Assembly: GCA_024685175.1 (NCBI GenBank)
Contig: JAIKWD010000004.1
Location: 3,622 to 67,621, forward strand
Direction of reading: 5' to 3'
DNA from: Bacteroidales bacterium
Lineage (GTDB): Bacteria; Bacteroidota; Bacteroidia; Bacteroidales; WCHB1-69
Length of the DNA stretch: 64,000 nucleotides
Each line of letters opens with the position of its first letter. Position 1 is the first letter of the stretch. A program made the position numbers and the translations under genes. Under the pieces are notes generated by a model. The model was given only the letters and a program-made list of their open reading frames with translations. It was not told where the DNA came from and searched no databases. Below, one piece after another: positions 29,471-38,644 of the stretch.

Positions 29471-30157
29471 TTATTGCTTATTGTCTTTTTCTTTTTTCTT
29501 GAACAACGTCTTCCAATAATTCATGTGCCAGAAGATGTGGAACAGAGCGATAAGGGTCATCGCGATGCCAAACTCCACGTGGTAGAAGCGGAACGTATGC
29601 AGCCACTCCATTTTCCATCCATAGTTGATTTGTAATACAAGGAAGAACCCGAGCAAGCAAGATACGAGTGCCGTGATAAGCAACATCGTGTTCCAGATCT
29701 TGCGATGGGTGGTTTTTGCCATCACCTTTGTCTTGACCAAAATGGCGGTCAGGGCGTACAATCCTAGCGTAATGGCGGAGATGAGAATGAGATGGTAAGG
29801 CTTTTTGTCCTTGGCCGGCTCCTCTTGTGTCGTGGATGTTGCTTCGATCGGTTTTTCCTCCTGAGCATCGATGGTGCCGGGTAGGGTAGGATCTTCTACC
29901 GTATTAGTAGTTTCGCTATGTTTTTTTTCTGTTGGGGCATTCTGTACAGGTGCCTCTGTCTTGACGTTCTGAGGCGTTGCGACCTTTTCAGTGGTCGGAG
30001 GATTTGAGAGCTTCCCGTGGTCGCAAAAGCCATCCTGGTTCTCGTCCACAAAGCGGCCGCACAGGCCAGGACAGTCTATCTGCTGGCAGTCCTGTTGCGC
30101 TACGGCGAAAAGACATGCTGAGCAAGCAAAAATGAGGGTGAGTATTATTCTTTTCAT
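29471..30157 (-). CDS. membrane protein with N-terminal Cys-rich module and His-bearing transmembrane helices (DUF4405-like?)
   Basis: Start moved to ATG 30157 (signal peptide MKRIILTLIFACSACLFAVAQ). The longer GTG start would lie inside the fklB-type terminator hairpin. Contains CQQIDCPGLCGRFVDENQDGFCDHG, a T/P/E/K-rich linker, then 3-4 transmembrane segments. Confidence 0.6.
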   Translation of the reverse strand: MKRIILTLIFACSACLFAVAQQDCQQIDCPGLCGRFVDENQDGFCDHGKLSNPPTTEKVATPQNVKTEAPVQNAPTEKKHSETTNTVEDPTLPGTIDAQEEKPIEATSTTQEEPAKDKKPYHLILISAITLGLYALTAILVKTKVMAKTTHRKIWNTMLLITALVSCLLGFFLVLQINYGWKMEWLHTFRFYHVEFGIAMTLIALFHIFWHMNYWKTLFKKKEKDNKQ

Positions 30158-30168
30158 AAAAGGGATAT

Positions 30169-30197
30169 TAAAAAGGGTGGTCATAGCCACCCTTTTT
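30169..30197 (-). terminator. intrinsic terminator after the Mip/FklB-like gene
   Basis: AAGGGTGG-N6-CCACCCTT with flanking T/A runs. Confidence 0.7.
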
Positions 30198-30199
30198 CT

Positions 30200-30874
30200 T
30201 TATTCAAAACTTAACAGTTCGATGTCGAAAATCAAGGTCGCGCCTCCCGGAATGACACCGCCGGCACCTTGGTCGCCGTAGGCAAGATCGGAAGGAATGT
30301 AGAATCTGAATTTAGAACCAGTAGGCATGAGCTGCAGACCTTCTGTCCAACCCTTGATTACTTGGTTGAGACCGAAAGAGATGGGCTCGCCGCCATTGTT
30401 ATCAGTGGAGTCGAATACCGTGCCATCGATCAGTTTACCGGTATATTTCACAGTTACTTTGCTGGTGGCGCTAGGCTTGGGACCATTGCCCATTTGGATC
30501 ACTTCATATTGCAAACCGGATCCTGTTACCTTAACGTTGGGGTTTTTCTTGTTGGCTTCGAGGAAGGCGATGCCGGCAGCCTTGGCTTGATTGGCTTCGT
30601 CAGCTTTCTTGGCTTGCAAGTCCTGCTGGAACTGCATGAAGATTTCTTGCATCTCCTGATCGGTGAACTTGTTCTGTCCTGCCATACCGTCTTGTACACC
30701 TTGCATAAAAGCATTCTTGTCCAGCTCAACACCGTCGCGATGGACTTGCGTTCCGAAATTGGCACCGATAGCGTAGCTAACTTTTTGTTCTTTTGTCATT
30801 GTCTCTTGAGATTTTAGGGACATACTTGTGCCAATCAGGGCCAAGCAAAGTCCGATGGTTAATAATCTTTTCAT
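30200..30874 (-). CDS. FKBP-type peptidyl-prolyl cis-trans isomerase (Mip/FklB-like), secreted
   Basis: 224 aa. Signal peptide, then VTVKYTGKLIDGTVFDS...VIKGWTEGLQLMPTGSKFRFYIPSDLAYGDQG. Confidence 0.88.
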   Translation of the reverse strand: MKRLLTIGLCLALIGTSMSLKSQETMTKEQKVSYAIGANFGTQVHRDGVELDKNAFMQGVQDGMAGQNKFTDQEMQEIFMQFQQDLQAKKADEANQAKAAGIAFLEANKKNPNVKVTGSGLQYEVIQMGNGPKPSATSKVTVKYTGKLIDGTVFDSTDNNGGEPISFGLNQVIKGWTEGLQLMPTGSKFRFYIPSDLAYGDQGAGGVIPGGATLIFDIELLSFE

Positions 30875-30909
30875 TATTGTGTGTTTTAGGGTTATTTCAA
30901 TAAGGGCGG

Positions 30910-30917
30910 CAAATATA
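30910..30917 (-). promoter_or_regulatory. Bacteroidota -7 box TAnnTTTG
   Basis: TATATTTG, 36 nt before the Mip/FklB-like gene. Confidence 0.55.
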
Positions 30918-31074
30918 CAAAAATGTTAGATGATTTTCATAAGAAGAAGTTTAAGAAACGCCACATCCTACTCCTGTGTGAGAGGTGTTGATGGGATTTA
31001 TTCCCCTCTAAATGAGGACCGTGATCGATAGGTGTAATTTTTTTACGAAGGATGTTTCAACAATACAAAATTTG

Positions 31075-31082
31075 TATTTTTG
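31075..31082 (+). promoter_or_regulatory. Bacteroidota -7 box TAnnTTTG
   Basis: TATTTTTG, 22 nt before the ATG at 31104. Confidence 0.55.
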
Positions 31083-31103
31083 CAACGGATTACACAAAAT
31101 CTT

Positions 31104-31784
31104 ATGGCGGAAGAAAAACAACCGGAATCCCCTCGCAGACCTAAACGCAAAGTGCTGTTTGTCGTCGGTATCTTACTTGGTCTGTTATTTGGCGCATTGG
31201 CCACCTTGTTACTGGTGGATTGGTTTGACTATAAAGCTCCTACCGTAGTGAAAGTCCTCGAACGTACTCCCCAAAATGATCCGGATACGGTTGTCCGGTA
31301 TGTAATAAAAAATAAATCCACCCAAGAAGAATCTGTTACTGACGATTTTATGCCGGACTCCCTCACCGTTGACTCCGCTTTTATGGCCGATGACTCGCAA
31401 GACCTTATTCTGGAAGAAGATGATTTGGATGATTGGCAGGATGGTTCCGCACCGCAGCAGGACGTGATGACGGACAAGATGATGCGCAAGATCTCTTCCA
31501 AGGTCGTCTATTTTGACAATAACAAACGTGAGCAGGCTCCCCCCGCTTACGCTACGACACAGATACAAGTCCAACAATGGAGTACGCCTATAAAGAATAG
31601 ACTATCCTATAATTTTTCAGGTAATGTGCTGAAAATTAAAGGAATGGATATTGACAATGTGAAGGTTGTCAACTACAAGAACAACTTCTATGCCGTAGCT
31701 GGAAAGCATGTCTATTTGCTTAAACCGAATGACCATTTCGATAGGATGAATGAAGTGGTCGACGTGAGTTTCCCCTTCAACTAG
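31104..31784 (+). CDS. single-pass membrane protein, function unknown
   Basis: Start moved to ATG 31104, 22 nt after a -7 box. The ORF-track TTG start lies inside that box. One transmembrane segment (VLFVVGILLGLLFGALATLLLV) and an acidic linker. Confidence 0.55.
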   Translation: MAEEKQPESPRRPKRKVLFVVGILLGLLFGALATLLLVDWFDYKAPTVVKVLERTPQNDPDTVVRYVIKNKSTQEESVTDDFMPDSLTVDSAFMADDSQDLILEEDDLDDWQDGSAPQQDVMTDKMMRKISSKVVYFDNNKREQAPPAYATTQIQVQQWSTPIKNRLSYNFSGNVLKIKGMDIDNVKVVNYKNNFYAVAGKHVYLLKPNDHFDRMNEVVDVSFPFN

Positions 31785-32947
31785 TCTTCTTTCACGATTG
31801 ACTCATCGATCGCGACTTCTGTGACGACAGGAGGCGTTGTGTCGTCGGTGTCCGTAGGCTCATCGGCGTTTTCCTGGTAATAGGCGCCGAAAAATTCCTT
31901 GACGACAATACGAAGCAGGGTGTAGGCTGGAACGGCAAAGACCATGGCGAAAACGCCGCCAAGATAACCAGCCATTAAAATGACGATGAAAATCTCTAAT
32001 GGATGTGTGTGTGTACGCTTGCCATATATGTATGGCTGCAACACAAAGTCATCCACCAATTTAGCGACCACGAAAGCGATCACGACTTTGAGGGCCGTGG
32101 AAAACAGAACTGCACTGGCCAGCTCGCTAGTGATGAGCGAAGTGACAGAGATGACAATGCCAACGATGCCGGCTATCAGCGGTCCTACGTATGGAATGAT
32201 GTTCAACAGGCCACCAATGGCGCCGATTAGTAACGCATTGGGCACACCCAAAATAAGGCACATGACAATTTCAATAATACCCACGATAAGCATCTCCATC
32301 AACACACCTAAGAAATAGGATGAGAGCTGTTTTCCAGTGGCATCCAAGATGTTGTCGAAGTTCTTTCTGTACTTTACGGGAAGCCAACCTTTTACCATTT
32401 TGAAAAAGATGTTATGGTCTTTCAAGGCAAAAAAGGTCATGAACAGGATGGAGAAAACAGCGATGAACAAGCTGCCAACCAGACTAAAAGTGTTGCTTAA
32501 GATGGATGAAAGGTTGAAGTCTTGCAGTAATTTGGACGCTTCAATCATGATCATGTCAAAGGCATGATCGTGTGGCTTAAGCAGACCAAACTTGCGCAGC
32601 ATGGGATCCAGATTGTTGATCCAAGTCTCGAAGGATGAGCTTATGTTGCTGGACTCAAGTGTGGAAAGATAGGAGATTTCCCGAGTTATGGCAGGTAAGA
32701 TAAAGTATCCGGCCACAACAAGGATTGCTATGATAAGAATTAATGTGATGGCAGCCGCAAGCGATGTGGGAAAGTTCCATTTCCCGATACGGATGCGCGT
32801 GAGCAGACGCACGACGGGTGTGCCTATCAGCGAAAGAAAGATGGCTGTAAATATATATAGAACAATATCCCAGAAAAACCATCCTAAAAAAACAATGATG
32901 GCCAACAATGCGATGACGGCTATGATACTTCTGGTGTTGTTGTTCAT
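31781..32947 (-). CDS. AI-2E family transporter (PerM/UPF0118)
   Basis: 388 aa, polytopic. Family-typical GGLLNIIPYVGPLIAGIVG segment. ATGA overlap with tamB. Confidence 0.8.
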   Translation of the reverse strand: MNNNTRSIIAVIALLAIIVFLGWFFWDIVLYIFTAIFLSLIGTPVVRLLTRIRIGKWNFPTSLAAAITLILIIAILVVAGYFILPAITREISYLSTLESSNISSSFETWINNLDPMLRKFGLLKPHDHAFDMIMIEASKLLQDFNLSSILSNTFSLVGSLFIAVFSILFMTFFALKDHNIFFKMVKGWLPVKYRKNFDNILDATGKQLSSYFLGVLMEMLIVGIIEIVMCLILGVPNALLIGAIGGLLNIIPYVGPLIAGIVGIVISVTSLITSELASAVLFSTALKVVIAFVVAKLVDDFVLQPYIYGKRTHTHPLEIFIVILMAGYLGGVFAMVFAVPAYTLLRIVVKEFFGAYYQENADEPTDTDDTTPPVVTEVAIDESIVKED

Positions 32948-35900
32948 TGTTTCTTGTTTTTGTCCTTTCCTTTAGCTTTGCGTTGATTTGCCTCCAGCAT
33001 TTTCCTGATTTTGCGTCGAGAACTGGAATCGAAGTTTTGCTTATAAGCCAAGCCAACACCGGCAGTGTAGTTGATTTGAGAGTTGAAGTTGGGGTTGTAG
33101 TAATAGTTTTCGTCGTGTTCACCAATATAAGTGTATGCTTTCAGCTTCCAAGTTCCGGCTTTGTTAATGTTGTACTCAATGGTGAAGTCACCATACATGT
33201 TGTTGCCCGCATCGGCGGTCCTGTCATCGTAATAGCCAATACTTGTAGACATGCTCACGCGATCCTTCACGATATCTGCGTTAGCTTTGATGCCGTATTC
33301 GGCCGAGGTGGTCTCTGTGGCTTGGTTGTAGATAATGCCGAACGAGCCGCTTTGTTTTTCCATCAAATTGCTCAGCATGTTGTTCACAAGGTTGCTCAAA
33401 AGAGTGTAGTTGGTTCCCACTGATGTGAAGTTGTCATGAGCAAGGAAGTTGTTGGTGACCATAAAGTAGGCGAACTGCTTGGTCATATTTTCCGTATTGG
33501 TGGTGTCGAGAGCGTTGTAGAACAAGTTGCGAACCTCAGCGCTAGTGTTTGGCAATTCAAAGCTGAAGGTTGGACTGATATTCTTCATAATCTCTCCGTT
33601 GAGATGTATATAGGCATCTACATTGGCGTTGGCATTTGTGCCTGTGCTGGTAAGATACTCTTCAGGAATGATGCTGGCCAAGGAAGTCTTGGATGACTTG
33701 TAAGCGCTGGCTTTGACGACCATCTCATCCAGTGGGCCATTGAATACAATGCTTCCACCTGGAACCAAAGTGAAGCGAGGATTTACAATGTTGTAGAAAG
33801 AGAAACGAATGTCGCCTTTGTGCAGCTCCAGATTTCCGTATAAGTTAAGATCGTCGGTTTCGTTGTAGGTCAGTCGGAAGCTACCGTTGGAACGAGCGTT
33901 AAGTGTGCCGCCGACAGATTCCAAGAGTAGGACGATATCTGCATCGTCAGTTACGTTAAACGTGAAGTCGAAGTCAAGAGCGATGCTTGAGGACTCCTCT
34001 TCCTCCGTGGAAACAGTGTCTCCGGGCGTTGTTGTCTTGAAATGAATGATGTTGGACTCCGAAGCCGAGCTGGCTGAGCTGACCAACAAATATATCTTGG
34101 ATCCAGGCAAAGTCTTTAAGTTGTTGCCTCGGAATTTCAGCAGCTCGTCATCACCTGTAATGGTTACTTCGCCCGACACATAGCCTTTGCCGTAGAATGG
34201 GGTTTCGGCACTTTTGTCCGTGTTTAGCACCATAATACCAGGTGTTGAGATACGCAAATCGAACTTCATGTCGTTGAACAACCTGTGGCTTATGGTACCG
34301 TTGAGGCGGGCTTGGTTGCCGTCGCCATCAGTCAGAAGCATGTTGTTGAAGGATATGCCTTCCCAGTTGAAATGGATATCTTGGTCTTTGACATCATAAC
34401 TGGTTCCCAAGGCGGCGATACCCATGTTGGCGTCTAAAACACGGACTGTACCATCCATGAAGGCGGTTTCTGGCGATGAGTAGAAAGCAAGCTTGCCGGA
34501 TGCCGTACCTCTGATGTGGTCGCTAAAGCCCGATAGGAAGGGATCCAGGAACGCGGCATTCAAAGTGTCAAAGTCAGTGTTGATTTGCAAATATTTGGTC
34601 TCTGAGGTGTAAGATCCTTGGATATGGGCGAAGATGTCCTCCTCTTCTTTGAATTTGCGCACATCGTAATCCGTCAAAGTATTGGTGGTGACTACTTCGT
34701 CGTTGTGGAAAAAACCTCCATTGAAGCCGATCTGGCCTTTCTCATTCCATCCGGCCATCAAGAATAGATCGCCAATCTCGGCATCGTTGAACACAAAATT
34801 GTCGGCAAGCACTTTGCCTAACAAAAATCTGCGCTCCCCACTGCGGACGTTGACATCGGCGGATAAAGAGCCGCCAAAGCTCATGCTTGACAATAAGGCA
34901 TTAGCAATGGACATGTCCAAGGATTGAACCTTGACATTGAGATTGGAAGTTGTGGAGTTTGAGTAGTCGCCATTGACGAAGATCTGACTGGAGTCGTTGT
35001 CGATGACCAAATTATCGACCGTGATAAGTTTCTTTTTGAGGTGGATGCTGTTCTCTTCGTTGAAGTCCCATGGCATGTCATTGAGGTAAAGCAACGTGTT
35101 TCGTAACTTAAAGACAAGGTCGGAAGGCTCGGATATGTCGACTATGCCGGCCAATTTGGAGTCATGGCCTGGAACTTTATTGAAGTTGTTGTGCCAGTTT
35201 ATGTCATAGTCGATCTGATCTCTATTGGACGTGGCCTTGGCGCTTACCTTGTCGAAGATGATACTCTTTTCTCTATTGCCGACGGCCACGGAGTCTGTGG
35301 TGATATTCAGGGCTAGTTTGCCATCGTCCTTGCCTTTGCCGTCAAGGGCAAATCTGTATACGGCCACTTTGTTGCGGACGAGGACAAGCGGAATGTTGGC
35401 TTGTATTATGTTGTCATGATTGTTGGCAAACAATTCCAGGTCGACGGTTGAGTTGGGAGCCACGAACACATCGGGGAAGATAAGCTTTAGGATGTTGCGG
35501 GTACGATAGGTGCTGGCGTGAGCTTTGACATAGAAGTCACGGTCGTCGATAGGATTGTTGCTTTTGACGTTTTTCTGTTTGGGTGCATCAATAAGAGTAG
35601 GGAAGTAGTTGTGGGCAATCGACATGATAGAGTCCATCGCACTGGCTAATGAGTGGTTGGTCTCCACGGATGCATTGGCGATGTTGGAGGAAAGGATGAT
35701 CTTGTGGGCTACGTCTGTGTTAATGGAGGTGACCCTGAAACGGCCGTCTGTCAGACTGTCACCGTTGTTGTAAACACGGATATTGTCACATCCTACATAG
35801 CCGCTCACATCATCAATGTTACTGCCGCGGAGTGTCACGGTTAGGTCGTCGAAGCCTGCCTTGAGGGTGGGGTTTTTCTGCAAGGTGTAGATGACCTTGT

Positions 35901-37575
35901 CGAGGCCTTCTGCCGTGGCGGAGTCTCGTTTAGGCATCGCGTTGGCAATAGCGCCGAGATCGATCTCATCCATGGAGATGTTGCCCTGCAACAAAGGTGT
36001 CTTCTCGGAAAGGTCTAATTGACCTAAGATTGTACATTTGATGTGCGGGTCGCGGGCGACGAGTGTGGCGTCGTAGCGATTGTTTGCATATTCACCATCA
36101 ATGGTGGTGTTGCGGAGAGGATAACCGTATATGTTCAAGTGAGCCACATCGCCGCCAAGATGCCCTTTTAGGGTCTTTAGGTTTTCAGCGGACCAGCTGG
36201 TGCCGTCCATCTCCCCGTTGAATGTGAGATCGAAGGTTCCACTGCCCAATTTACCGTAGGCCTTCGTGATCTTGCCTATGTTGAGGCCATTGGTGGTGAC
36301 GTTTCCTTGTAACTGCATCTGTCCTCCATCCGTGAGGGAAGCGAGTTGAGCTTTGACAGCTCCTAAGGCGGTGTTGGCAGCCAGGTCGGCGTCAAAGTCG
36401 GTCAACGTGCCGATATAGGAGACGTCAAAGTCGGTTTGTCCTAGATCTTTCAGAGTGTTGTTGATGGGGATCTTCTTGCCGCCAGGTAGTGTGAACAAAG
36501 CCAGGCTGGGAACGTTTACCGTACACGAGTCGAGCTGCGCATTGACGTAGACTTTTGACGGATCTGTTATGTTCTTTAGGGCTAAGTCCCCGTGAATACG
36601 GTTGCTGAATCCGCAGTTGGCCAGCAGTTTGATGATGTGGAAATCATTGACGGTGCCGTCGAAACGATCAGCGGTAAGATGGATTACCTCCGACATGCCC
36701 TTCAGGGCTGGCGCAAAACCTGCCACATCACTCATGCATAGCGTGGATGGACGTATCTTGGCAGTTATTCGTACGGAGTCGGTAAAGTCTCCCATCTTTT
36801 CCCAATCATCATAATGGAAATTCAAATCCCCGTCAATAAAACTTTGGGCTGTTTGGATTTTAAGGTTGTTGAAAGCCAGACCGTGACTGCAAATGCTGAA
36901 AGCTCCCTGCCCATCCTTCATGCTGAATCCACCGTATTGGTTGAAGGCTAGATGATTGAACTTGGCGGCCACGCTGTCGTTGTACACGACGAAGTTGTCC
37001 ACATCCCAGTTGATGTCCTTTAACTCGAAGAATGCATAGTCGATATCGGGATTGTCTCGGGTGTCGTACACTTTCCTGATGTTGTCGTTTGCATAGACGA
37101 ACCGCGAATTTACCAAGTTGAGGTGCTTGGCAGTAAGCGTGAAGTCACTCTTCGGCTTGTCGCTGACGAATTTCTTGCTCCACTTGACGATGTTCAGGTC
37201 CTCCTCACCCTTGTAGGTGCGGAGGACGACATCGGCATTCTCCAAGGTCACAGTGCCGAGTTTCAACTTGAACGGCTTCAGAGTGATGCCTCTTAGCCGT
37301 CCGTTTACCGTCCCGACAAAGATCATATCGTTGTTGCGGTCGTCTTTTATGCGGACTTCGTGGGCAACCAGACGGAGCGAAGGCGTGAGATGAACATCCT
37401 TGATAGACAGTTCCGTGCCCCAACTTTTACTGATGCCTTGTGTGATCTTGTTAACCACGAAGGTCTGTATGGCAGGCACAAAAAGCAGACCCACCAGCAG
37501 GATGTCCAGGGCGAAAAGCCCGAACAGCACCCACAGGATAATCTTCACGATTTTTTTACTACTTTTGCTGCCCAC
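32944..37575 (-). CDS. tamB: translocation/assembly module TamB-like giant envelope protein
   Basis: 1543 aa. N-terminal transmembrane anchor, then a long beta-rich body, typical of Bacteroidota TamB/DUF490 proteins. The start is uncertain: GTG 37575 or GTG 37548. Confidence 0.75.
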   Translation of the reverse strand: MGSKSSKKIVKIILWVLFGLFALDILLVGLLFVPAIQTFVVNKITQGISKSWGTELSIKDVHLTPSLRLVAHEVRIKDDRNNDMIFVGTVNGRLRGITLKPFKLKLGTVTLENADVVLRTYKGEEDLNIVKWSKKFVSDKPKSDFTLTAKHLNLVNSRFVYANDNIRKVYDTRDNPDIDYAFFELKDINWDVDNFVVYNDSVAAKFNHLAFNQYGGFSMKDGQGAFSICSHGLAFNNLKIQTAQSFIDGDLNFHYDDWEKMGDFTDSVRITAKIRPSTLCMSDVAGFAPALKGMSEVIHLTADRFDGTVNDFHIIKLLANCGFSNRIHGDLALKNITDPSKVYVNAQLDSCTVNVPSLALFTLPGGKKIPINNTLKDLGQTDFDVSYIGTLTDFDADLAANTALGAVKAQLASLTDGGQMQLQGNVTTNGLNIGKITKAYGKLGSGTFDLTFNGEMDGTSWSAENLKTLKGHLGGDVAHLNIYGYPLRNTTIDGEYANNRYDATLVARDPHIKCTILGQLDLSEKTPLLQGNISMDEIDLGAIANAMPKRDSATAEGLDKVIYTLQKNPTLKAGFDDLTVTLRGSNIDDVSGYVGCDNIRVYNNGDSLTDGRFRVTSINTDVAHKIILSSNIANASVETNHSLASAMDSIMSIAHNYFPTLIDAPKQKNVKSNNPIDDRDFYVKAHASTYRTRNILKLIFPDVFVAPNSTVDLELFANNHDNIIQANIPLVLVRNKVAVYRFALDGKGKDDGKLALNITTDSVAVGNREKSIIFDKVSAKATSNRDQIDYDINWHNNFNKVPGHDSKLAGIVDISEPSDLVFKLRNTLLYLNDMPWDFNEENSIHLKKKLITVDNLVIDNDSSQIFVNGDYSNSTTSNLNVKVQSLDMSIANALLSSMSFGGSLSADVNVRSGERRFLLGKVLADNFVFNDAEIGDLFLMAGWNEKGQIGFNGGFFHNDEVVTTNTLTDYDVRKFKEEEDIFAHIQGSYTSETKYLQINTDFDTLNAAFLDPFLSGFSDHIRGTASGKLAFYSSPETAFMDGTVRVLDANMGIAALGTSYDVKDQDIHFNWEGISFNNMLLTDGDGNQARLNGTISHRLFNDMKFDLRISTPGIMVLNTDKSAETPFYGKGYVSGEVTITGDDELLKFRGNNLKTLPGSKIYLLVSSASSASESNIIHFKTTTPGDTVSTEEEESSSIALDFDFTFNVTDDADIVLLLESVGGTLNARSNGSFRLTYNETDDLNLYGNLELHKGDIRFSFYNIVNPRFTLVPGGSIVFNGPLDEMVVKASAYKSSKTSLASIIPEEYLTSTGTNANANVDAYIHLNGEIMKNISPTFSFELPNTSAEVRNLFYNALDTTNTENMTKQFAYFMVTNNFLAHDNFTSVGTNYTLLSNLVNNMLSNLMEKQSGSFGIIYNQATETTSAEYGIKANADIVKDRVSMSTSIGYYDDRTADAGNNMYGDFTIEYNINKAGTWKLKAYTYIGEHDENYYYNPNFNSQINYTAGVGLAYKQNFDSSSRRKIRKMLEANQRKAKGKDKNKKQ
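37560..37567 (+). promoter_or_regulatory. Bacteroidota -7 box TAnnTTTG
   Basis: TACTTTTG, 21 nt before tsaD. It lies inside the first codons of tamB if tamB starts at 37575. Confidence 0.5.
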
Positions 37576-37587
37576 AATTTAGAAGTT

Positions 37588-38616
37588 ATGTCTGTTTATA
37601 TTCTTGGTATAGAATCTTCTTGTGACGATACATCTGCCGCCGTAGTGGACGGCACCACCATACTTTCCAATGTCATTGCCAGTCAGAAAGTGCATGCTGA
37701 GTTTGGAGGAGTTGTGCCCGAGTTGGCGTCGCGCGCCCATCAGCAGAATATCATCCCTGTGATTGACACTGCATTAAAGCGTGCAAAGATAAATAAAAAT
37801 CAGTTATCTGCCATCGCTTTTACAAATGGTCCAGGATTGCTTGGCTCTTTATTGGTGGGCAGCTCCTTCGCCAAGGCTATGGCTTATAGTCTGCAAGTGC
37901 CCTTGATCCAGGTCGATCACTTGCAAGGTCATGTGCTGGCCAACTTCCTCAATAAGCCGGATGAGGATAAGCTAAAACCTTCATTTCCATTCCTTTGCCT
38001 TACGGTCTCGGGCGGCCATACCCTGCTGTTGCAGGTCAACGACTACTTCGATATGCAGCGTTTGGGCGGCACCATCGACGATGCCGCGGGCGAAGCCTTT
38101 GACAAGGCAGCCAAGATCCTCGGCCTTCCATATCCTGGAGGCCCCGTCATCGACAAATACGCCCAAGAGGGCGATCCCAAGAAATTCCAGTTCGCTGTCG
38201 CCCACGTGCCCTATTTGGACTATAGCTTCAGCGGACTCAAGACCTCGTTTCTCTATTTTGTCAGAGATCATCTCAAGGAAAATCCCAATTTTATCGAAGA
38301 GAATATCCACGATTTGGCGGCGTCTATCCAGTATGCTATCGTCAAGTCGTTGATGGACAAGGTAAAGAAAGCCTTGAAGACCTCTCCATGTAAGGATTTG
38401 GTGCTTGCCGGCGGCGTGTCCGCCAATTCAGGCTTGCGCAACGCCGCCATTGACGTGGCCCGTCGCTATCATCGCAACCTCTTCTTGCCCACGTTGGATC
38501 TCACCACGGACAATGCTGCCATGATCGCCGTATGCGGATATTTCAAATATTTAAAAAAAGAATTCGTGAACGTCGACGTCGTCCCCTACAGCAGCGAGAA
38601 AAACAAAAACCTCTAA
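37588..38616 (+). CDS. tsaD: tRNA N6-adenosine threonylcarbamoyltransferase
   Basis: Start moved to ATG 37588 (MSVYILGIESSCDDTSAAVV...), 21 nt after a -7 box. The ORF-track extension is antisense to tamB. Confidence 0.93.
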   Translation: MSVYILGIESSCDDTSAAVVDGTTILSNVIASQKVHAEFGGVVPELASRAHQQNIIPVIDTALKRAKINKNQLSAIAFTNGPGLLGSLLVGSSFAKAMAYSLQVPLIQVDHLQGHVLANFLNKPDEDKLKPSFPFLCLTVSGGHTLLLQVNDYFDMQRLGGTIDDAAGEAFDKAAKILGLPYPGGPVIDKYAQEGDPKKFQFAVAHVPYLDYSFSGLKTSFLYFVRDHLKENPNFIEENIHDLAASIQYAIVKSLMDKVKKALKTSPCKDLVLAGGVSANSGLRNAAIDVARRYHRNLFLPTLDLTTDNAAMIAVCGYFKYLKKEFVNVDVVPYSSEKNKNL

Positions 38617-38644
38617 CTCCTCATCTCTCATTCCTAACTCCTAA
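38611..38644 (-). repeat. heptamer array CTCTAA CTCCTCA TCTCTCA TTCCTAA CTCCTAA
   Basis: Contains both the tsaD stop (38614-38616) and the permease stop (38634-38636). Confidence 0.8.

Noticed and set aside
37360-37587. 76-codon N-terminal extension of the tsaD ORF.
   Set aside because: It is antisense to the tamB 5' end. TsaD homology starts at MSVYILGIESS, and a -7 box sits 21 nt before that ATG.
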